Source: Candidatus Eiseniibacteriota bacterium (GTDB lineage: Bacteria > Eisenbacteria > RBG-16-71-46 > CAZAMP01). From it: a DNA stretch of 13,480 nucleotides. The stretch covers positions 1 through 13,480 of the forward strand of contig CBDCYW010000001.1 of the NCBI GenBank assembly GCA_965224245.1, written 5' to 3'. The notes beneath the pieces were generated by a model, which was not told the origin of the DNA, made no database searches, and saw only the letters and a program-made list of their open reading frames with translations. A program made the translations under genes and the position numbers. Numbering within the stretch: the first letter of the stretch is position 1; every line of letters starts with the position of its first letter. This document shows positions 7,529 to 13,480 of this stretch, in pieces.

Positions 7529-10098
7529 CTACCTCGCAAGAACGAGCTTCAACGAACTTGATCGACCAGCGACATCAAGTCGCGCGAAGTAGACTCCAGA
7601 TGGCAATCGACGCCCGCTCGAGTCAATACCATCCCACGAGATCGACTTCGCTCCCGGATCCATAAGCTCATTGATGAGCGGTCGCACCGACCTCCCTCGA
7701 CTGTCGTAGATCGCCAGATACACAGGAGCGCGGTTCGGGACTGTGAAGGTCAGTCTCGCTTTACTAGAGAGCGGGTTTGCACTGTCCAGCACAAGTTGCA
7801 CGCTCTCGCTTTCGAGCTTCGGAGGGGATGCGGACAATAGCTCACCTGGATAGTGAATCGCCTCAAAAGTACCGTCAGCATCAAGATCCACGTGCAGCGC
7901 GAATGTCTCGAGCGTGTCTGACACGTCTGCGACGATGAGTGACCCGTCATCGAGGTAGATCGGTCCGTATCGAAGATAGGCGAGCGTATCGGCACCTTGA
8001 TGAGCGTGAAGAAACCCGACCTCCACAAGCTGGCGTCGTGATGACTTCAAGATGACGCGGGACGTGCTATGCGGGTTCGCGAGAGAGTCGGATGCTAGCG
8101 CGTGGATCCGAGGCGTGATTGCCGCGATAGCCGCGAGCGAGTCCAGTTGAGCTGAATACGCGTAGACCAAGCCGGTTGAATCCGAGTCGGCCCATGAACC
8201 ATCAGCCTCGACCCGGATCACGCCGTCACCGTCGACAACGACTATGTCAGCCACTTCGACATCCGTGGCCGAGAATGCTGCATTACTCCAAGCGCAGAGA
8301 GAATCTACGACGGTTCCCGTTCCGCGATAAGTCGTAGCCCCCGCCAGCCACTGAATCAGTTCATTGTTGACGCACTCCTCGGCCAGCCGTCCACGATCGC
8401 GCCAGAAGAACACCAACTCTGCAACTGTCCCCGGCCATTCACAGAGCCCGCACAGTGCCATCGCAATGGAGCCATAGTGGACTGCGGCGGATTCAAACAC
8501 GAGACTGCTGGCCTCCCGTTGACCCGAGCGGTTGCAGCTCTCCCGCATGGCAGATATTCATCAACGAACAAGCCGAAGTGTGCAGTCACACCAATGTATG
8601 GTACGAGTGCGACCATCTCGAGATCACAGGCATAGTCTGTATCAAACAGACAGTCCGTAATCTCCTGCTGATGCTGCTCGATGATCTCACGCGAGTGCGG
8701 ATTCCCGACGAAGGCATCGGTGACTGGAACCGTGATGAGTGGTGCCGGAGCACTTTCATCCGACAGCACGATTCCCGCGTCGAACTCCCACACGTACTGA
8801 CTATCGGGAAGCTCCCAAGAAAAATCCGTTTGCCGGGCTTCGCCGGGCGCGAGGAACAGAACCTCATCGCCCATGTGGAACTGTGGTCCGAAGTCTGGTT
8901 GGAGGTCAGCGGACAACGAACCGCTCCATGAGTCGAGGTCGTTGTTTCGAACGATTACCTCAAGATTGACGACATCGACTCCGTTTTGGTAGAGCGTGTC
9001 GTCAAAGGCGTGTGACAGGATCTGTATGCTCAGATCGTCCCATCGGGCGACCTTTTCCGAAAGAATGCCATCGACGTGTGTAAAACGCCCCCCCATGAAC
9101 AGATGATCATCCTTTGTGAGGAGAGCCATGACCGCGTCGCTGGCCCCGCTGCCTAACCGAGACCACTCACTCCCATCCCATCTGCCTATGTGTTTTGACG
9201 GGTTGTGGAAATTGCCACCAATGAACAGATCTCCGTTGTAGGTCTCCAATGCTGAAACGGAACCACCGAATGGGTCTGGAGAGATGTCCTCCCAACTAGC
9301 GCCATTCCATCGCTTAACATACTGAGCGCCAGCGATAAGATCTCCGTTATGCACTGCTAGCTCAAAGGGCTTTGAAGGCAAACCCGACCCGAGGGGTCGC
9401 CAAGTGCTGCCCGTCCATCGCGCAATCCGAGCGATCGACACACTGTCATATAGGGTCTTGTTGAAGTACCCCCCCACAATAAGGTCCCCGTCAAACACAC
9501 ACAGTGAACTAATCGTCGACGAACCAGCCGCGTCCCAGGCCGGATCGGCCAGTGCGCCATGAAGATCCATCCCAGCGCGCGAGCCCGCCGGAGAACATGG
9601 CGCTGGAATCGCCCGTGGCGGTGGAACAGTCCGCCCGCGTATAGTTCACCGTTGAACACCGCCAATGTTTCAACTTGGTTAGACAAGCCTGGGCCAAGTG
9701 GCGACCAACCGGACGTGCTCCAGGCCGCAATCCTGTTGGCAGAGAACCCACCCGCTGACGTGAAGTCTCCCGCTACGATGAGGGTCCCCTTGATACACGG
9801 CGAGATCGCGAATCCCCGCGTTGACACCCTCGCCAAACGGATTGTCCCATCCAGCACCGTCCCAACGAGCGATGTTCGGACCTGGACCTACGGGAGGTCC
9901 AAAGCGGTTGCCTGCCACGATTAGCTGACCCTCATAATCGGCGAGGCTATAGACATAGGCGTCGAACGGGAAACCGCTTCCGAATCCTTCCCACCACCCG
10001 GCATGTGCATCACGGGAGATATCCATCGCCAGGACGAGCACGGTTCCAGTAACCGCAATGGCGAGAGTCCGCAGTTCATCGCTGGGCGACTGCTTCAT
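7529..10098 (-). CDS. Large secreted beta-propeller repeat protein with FlgD-Ig CTD, about 854 aa after repairing five +1 frameshifts
   Basis: SD AAGGAGG before ATG 10098 and a signal-peptide-like N-terminus. Repeated blades L-x-V-[YF]-x-G-x-L-[IY]-x-x-G-x-F...IARWDG-x-x-W-x-x-LG-x-G. Joins ORFs 9679, 9357, 9509, 8356 and 7529 by removing single bases near 9783, 9623, 9556, 8556 and 8531. CTD IYDSRGRSVR...WDGIDSSGRRLPSGVYFARL. Confidence 0.75.
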
Positions 10099-10241
10099 AC
10101 CCAACGCCTCCTTCGATACGTCCACTCCGAGCGCTTTCAAGCGAATGATAGGCCAGTCGACCGCTTGATCTCGATCCAACTTGCGAATAGGTGGCCTCGG
10201 TCCGGCGGCTGTCGATTGCAGAAACGCGCACCCGGCCAACA

Positions 10242-10264
10242 ACGGTGTAGTTGTCCTTGTCCCA
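10242..10264. repeat. 23-bp direct copy (22/23 identical) of terL positions 10954-10976
   Basis: ACGGTGTAGTTGTCCTTGTCCCA vs ACGGTGTAGCTGTCCTTGTCCCA. Confidence 0.9.
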
Positions 10265-10542
10265 ACTCGGGGCCACCTCGGAACCGGGTCGGAAAACGGG
10301 ACCCCAGACGTGGGGCATCGTCGAGGGATCGGGTAACTTGAGACAGCCGTAACTCACAGCCACATAATCGTTTCCGTGTCGGTAGACGACAGAGAGCCTG
10401 TTTCGGGGCAAGGGGCCAGGTTAGGGGCCGATCTCAGCTCAGAAATCGCTCTGGGCTGCCCGCTCGATGCCCCTCGCGGAGGGGACGCGATCGCCACACC
10501 GGTTGCACCATCGCGACTTACGGCATCGCTGAGTCGCCGAGT

Positions 10543-10686
10543 CGCGTCCCCGTTCGGCTGACCGAGGGGCCGTTCGCGTCCCGTTTCGGGCGTCTTCAGG
10601 GGTCGCCGCGTCGCCGTTCGGCACTTCTATATGCGCTCCGCGTCGTGGATCGGCACCTCGCGCCGTGCGCCAGGGCACGGTTCGGG
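10543..10686. repeat. Array of 16-bp imperfect direct repeats with exact 32-bp period
   Basis: CGCGTCCCCGTTCGGC (10543), CGCGTCCCGTTTCGGG (10575), CGCGTCGCCGTTCGGC (10607), CGCGTCGTGGATCGGC (10639) and degenerate CAGGGCACGGTTCGGG (10671). Partial inverted copy GGGGACGCGA at 10481-10490. Confidence 0.8.
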
Positions 10687-10688
10687 GG

Positions 10689-12255
10689 TCACGCCAGCGG
10701 CACGTAGTCGAGCACGTCGTGCGCATCCGCCGCGATGCATTCGTAGGTGAACGCCATCGAGAGGTGGTTCGTGCCAACGCGGACGTAGCGATAGTGCTGC
10801 GCTCCGGTCTCGTCATCCTCGACCAGCTGCTTCGCGTCGCCGGTGAGGTGCTTCGCGAACTCATCGACGATGCGGCAGCGGCGGGGCAGCACGATCTCCC
10901 CATCGCGGATGGCGCGCCGTGACGCATCGAGCGCCTCGGTGCGGTTCTCCGCCACGGTGTAGCTGTCCTTGTCCCATCGCGGGCGTCCCCGCTGGTGCGG
11001 ATTGAAGAAGTTGAGGTAAACGATGCCCCGCTGCCGAGCGGCCAGCTCACGCGCCGCATGCGTCTCCGGGAGCCCATCGATCACGCAGCGATACACGTTG
11101 AACCGCGCGATCAGATCGTCCAGCTCGTCGAAGGCCGCGTGCACGCCGATGTACACGATCTCGCGCCGGTCCCCGCGTGGGCGTGCGATGACCACGTGAA
11201 GCTCGCGGCCCGTGTCGACGCCCATGGTGCACGACGCTGACGAGCGCTCGAGGATGCCCATGGGGCCGCAGAGGCGGAGGCACCTCGTCGGTCGTCGAGA
11301 GCCGGTTGGCGCGGTCCACCCAGGCGATGCCGATCTTGAGATTGAAGAAGCGATCTGGGAACCGCGTCGTCTCGTACTCCCGAAGGATCTCGCCGGGGTC
11401 GATCAGCGTCGAGAAGAGCTGAGAGATCAGATACCCGTGCGACTCTCGCCCGGGATGCGTCGCGACCCACTCGCCGGCCTCGGGGTCCAGCGGCGCGTCA
11501 CACTCGGGACAGGCCAGGTACGCGTTGCCATCGACGTCCTTCTGGATGATGCGCACCTCGGTGTTCAGGGTCCGTGGGAACGCGAGCGCCGGGGCGGTCC
11601 ATTCCCCGCAGGCCGCACACTTGAGGGTCCAGTGCCGTTGGTCGCTCGCCTGGAACGCCTCATCGATGCCGAAGTCGGGGATCGAGGGATTGCTGAGCTC
11701 GATCACGCGCTTGTAGCTGGATGTGCGAGAGCCGCTCCTTCGCACGGGTCTTCGCGTCGGGCGTGGCCTCATCCAGCTCGTCGAACACGATCATGTCGGC
11801 GGGCACGCTCTTGATGCCGATGGGGCTTCTCATGCCGCGCAGGTACAGGTAGCTCCCCTCGATGCGTTTGAGCCCGGCGGTGTCGGTGTCCGTCATCGCC
11901 TTCTGGAGGAACGCGTTCTCCTCGATGAGCGGTCGCACGCGTGACTTCGAGAACTCGATGACGTCGCTTCGCGTTGGGAAGAGATAGCATCACGTGAAGC
12001 CCCCGAGAGGCACGCGTGGATGCTCCGGAGGATCGCCCAGGTAGTACCGCCGATCTGGGCCGCCTTGATCAGCACCACGTGCGGGCTCACGTCGTCGTAG
12101 ATTGCGCGCAGGTAGGCATGACCCGCGAAGGCAAACGGCTTGCCGTCGAGACGCACTTCGCGCACGGCCCAGTTCGCGAGCGGCTGGCTCCGGGTGCGTA
12201 CCGCCGGGGAGACGACCTCCATGAGGCGCCCGGTGAGATAGCGGTGGACACTCAT
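10689..12255 (-). CDS. Phage terminase large subunit, lambda gpA-like, about 520 aa after repairing four +1 frameshifts
   Basis: Walker-A-like IKAAQIGGTT, YLFPTRSD, Walker B MIVFDELD, motif-III-like LSNP, Cys pairs CAAC...CPEC and nuclease-domain MGVDTG. Frames join by removing single bases near 12000, 11987, 11722 and 11280. ATGA overlap with the upstream gene. Confidence 0.88.
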
Positions 12256-12803
12256 GCGTCGACGTCCGCCTCTTCGGGCTGCTGCGGGAGCTTGGCCAGC
12301 ACCGTGAGTCGGATCTGATCGCGCGCTTCTTCGTCTGGAACGTGCTTCTTGATCGACTCGACAAACGCATCGACCAAGGCACGAGACTCGGCCGCCGCCT
12401 GGGCACGGATCGTCTCCTCGTTCTCGCCGTTGAGACTCAAGCCGCGAGCGAGCCGCTGTCCTCGCTGCACCTTTTCGACGACGTGCGTCAGCCGCTCCAG
12501 CTCGCGGATGCCGTGCGCCGTGTCGGTCTTCATCGCCTCGCCAACCTGGGCCAGGATGGCGTCCCAGTAGCGGAAGTGCCGCAAGTTCAAGCTCGTGCGC
12601 TCACCAGCGAGGCTTTCGACCAACTTCTCCGCCGCCTGCCGATCGACCTTCACGCGGAGTTCATCCCAACCCTCCTCCTTGCGATAGCGGGCGACGGTGC
12701 GCGCCTTCATGTGCAGTCGCCGGGCGATCGCGGCGTTGCTGTCACACTCACCGGTCAGGTAGAGGTGACGCGCCTGCTCACGCTTCTGGCGTCGGGTCAG
12801 CAT
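12252..12803 (-). CDS. Putative terminase small subunit (N-terminal HTH, DUF1804-like)
   Basis: SD AAGGAG before ATG 12803. REQARHLYLTG...SNAAIARRLHMKARTVARYRKEEGWD is an HTH, followed by helical segments. Translationally coupled to terL. Confidence 0.7.
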   Translation of the reverse strand: MLTRRQKREQARHLYLTGECDSNAAIARRLHMKARTVARYRKEEGWDELRVKVDRQAAEKLVESLAGERTSLNLRHFRYWDAILAQVGEAMKTDTAHGIRELERLTHVVEKVQRGQRLARGLSLNGENEETIRAQAAAESRALVDAFVESIKKHVPDEEARDQIRLTVLAKLPQQPEEADVDA

Positions 12804-13458
12804 CGGTGACTCCTTCCAGGTAGTGGGTGGCGAGGTTGAAGAGCCCCCGGGCCTTCCGATCGCGACCAACGATGCCGTCCGAGGCGCGTTCCACGGCATC
12901 GGCGATGAGCGTGGCGTGCTCGGGGTGGACGACGTAGGTCAGGACGACGGGCAGGGTCTTCTCGGTCTCGGCGGCCTCCCGCGCCAGCTCGGCAGCGAGA
13001 TCGCCGGCCGGCAGTTCCAGCAAAGCGTGCAAGTCTCGGATCTCAGCTTCGCTCTCCGGCACCAACGAGGCGAGGTCCGCGCTGGACATCTCGCCCATCA
13101 ACGCGTGCAGCAGCTCGGCCCGACGCACCGGGACGTCGTCGCCTTCGAGACGGTTCAACGTCGCGAGGAGCACCCGCGTCTCGGTGTCATCGACGTGCCA
13201 CACGTCCACGCGCACCGTCTCGTGTCCTAGGCTCTCCAGGGCTCGCGCGCGGTGGTGCCCGTCGATGACCTCGTACTTCCCGTCGTCGCTCGGGTGTGGC
13301 CGCACGATCACGGCGGGGTACCGTCCGTTGCGCCGCAAGTGCCCCTTAAGCTTCTCGAAGAGATCCGGCGGCATCGCGTTGGTGTTCATGGGGTGCGGGA
13401 CGAGATCGGCGATGGGGACGACGCGCGTCTCGGGCACCGTGCTAGGACTCGAAGGCAT
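12778..13458 (-). CDS. ParB/Srx-like N-terminal domain protein
   Basis: VPIADLVPHPMNTN...LKGHLRRNG...VIVRP...YEVIDGHHRARALESLG is the ParBc signature. SD GAGGAGG before ATG 13458; GTG 13476 is an alternative start. Overlaps the terS start. Confidence 0.85.
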   Translation of the reverse strand: MPSSPSTVPETRVVPIADLVPHPMNTNAMPPDLFEKLKGHLRRNGRYPAVIVRPHPSDDGKYEVIDGHHRARALESLGHETVRVDVWHVDDTETRVLLATLNRLEGDDVPVRRAELLHALMGEMSSADLASLVPESEAEIRDLHALLELPAGDLAAELAREAAETEKTLPVVLTYVVHPEHATLIADAVERASDGIVGRDRKARGLFNLATHYLEGVTDADPTPEA

Positions 13459-13480
13459 CGACGGCCCTCCTCTCACGGAT

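Noticed and set aside
1..10098. Integron cassette array
   Set aside because: The genes are co-oriented, but I found no recurring attC-like RYYYAAC...GTTRRRY inverted repeats between them and no integron integrase.
10076..10411. 111-aa ORF as a real gene
   Set aside because: No clear RBS or recognisable domain; only the short terL-derived stretch looks protein-like.
10333..10430. Short repeats GTAACT..CAGCC (twice) and AGGGGCC (twice)
   Set aside because: Too short and too few to distinguish from chance, although they lie near the putative element boundary.
10543..10686. CRISPR array
   Set aside because: Repeats are only 16 bp and degenerate, spacers are 16 bp, and there are no cas genes in the window.
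10242..10976. Diversity-generating retroelement template/variable repeat pair
   Set aside because: The single internal mismatch is at an adenine (AAC vs AGC), but the match is only 23 bp, the flanking differences are not adenine-specific, and no reverse transcriptase is present.
10689..12255. Programmed frameshifting in terL
   Set aside because: The four shift sites share no slippery motif, and the same +1 pattern occurs in unrelated genes in the window.
270..13230. Many overlapping plus-strand and alternate-frame ORFs (e.g. 527-1129, 1231-1971, 10439-11077, 11212-11814)
   Set aside because: Arg/Pro/Ser-rich shadow ORFs typical of GC-rich DNA, overlapping better-supported genes.

Overview
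GC-rich accessory region with all non-IS genes on the minus strand. The right end is a phage-type DNA-packaging module: a ParB-like protein, an HTH terminase small subunit-like protein and a lambda gpA-type terminase large subunit. No portal or capsid gene follows it. Instead there is an array of 16-bp motifs at an exact 32-bp period directly after the terL stop, then an isolated 23-bp (22/23) copy of an internal terL segment, then about 10 kb of predicted secreted proteins. These are a beta-propeller protein, a beta-helix protein, two paralogous BNR/sialidase-like proteins and an orphan C-terminal domain, and most end in a FlgD-Ig/T9SS-like C-terminal domain (CTD). The cargo is interrupted by two intact IS3-superfamily elements (4054-5576 with no target duplication; 6085-7282 with a GGTG duplication) and a transposase remnant. 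Twelve frameshifts in non-IS genes can each be repaired by deleting one base, which suggests long-read consensus error rather than true pseudogenes. All calls come from reading the sequence by eye; no searches were run.
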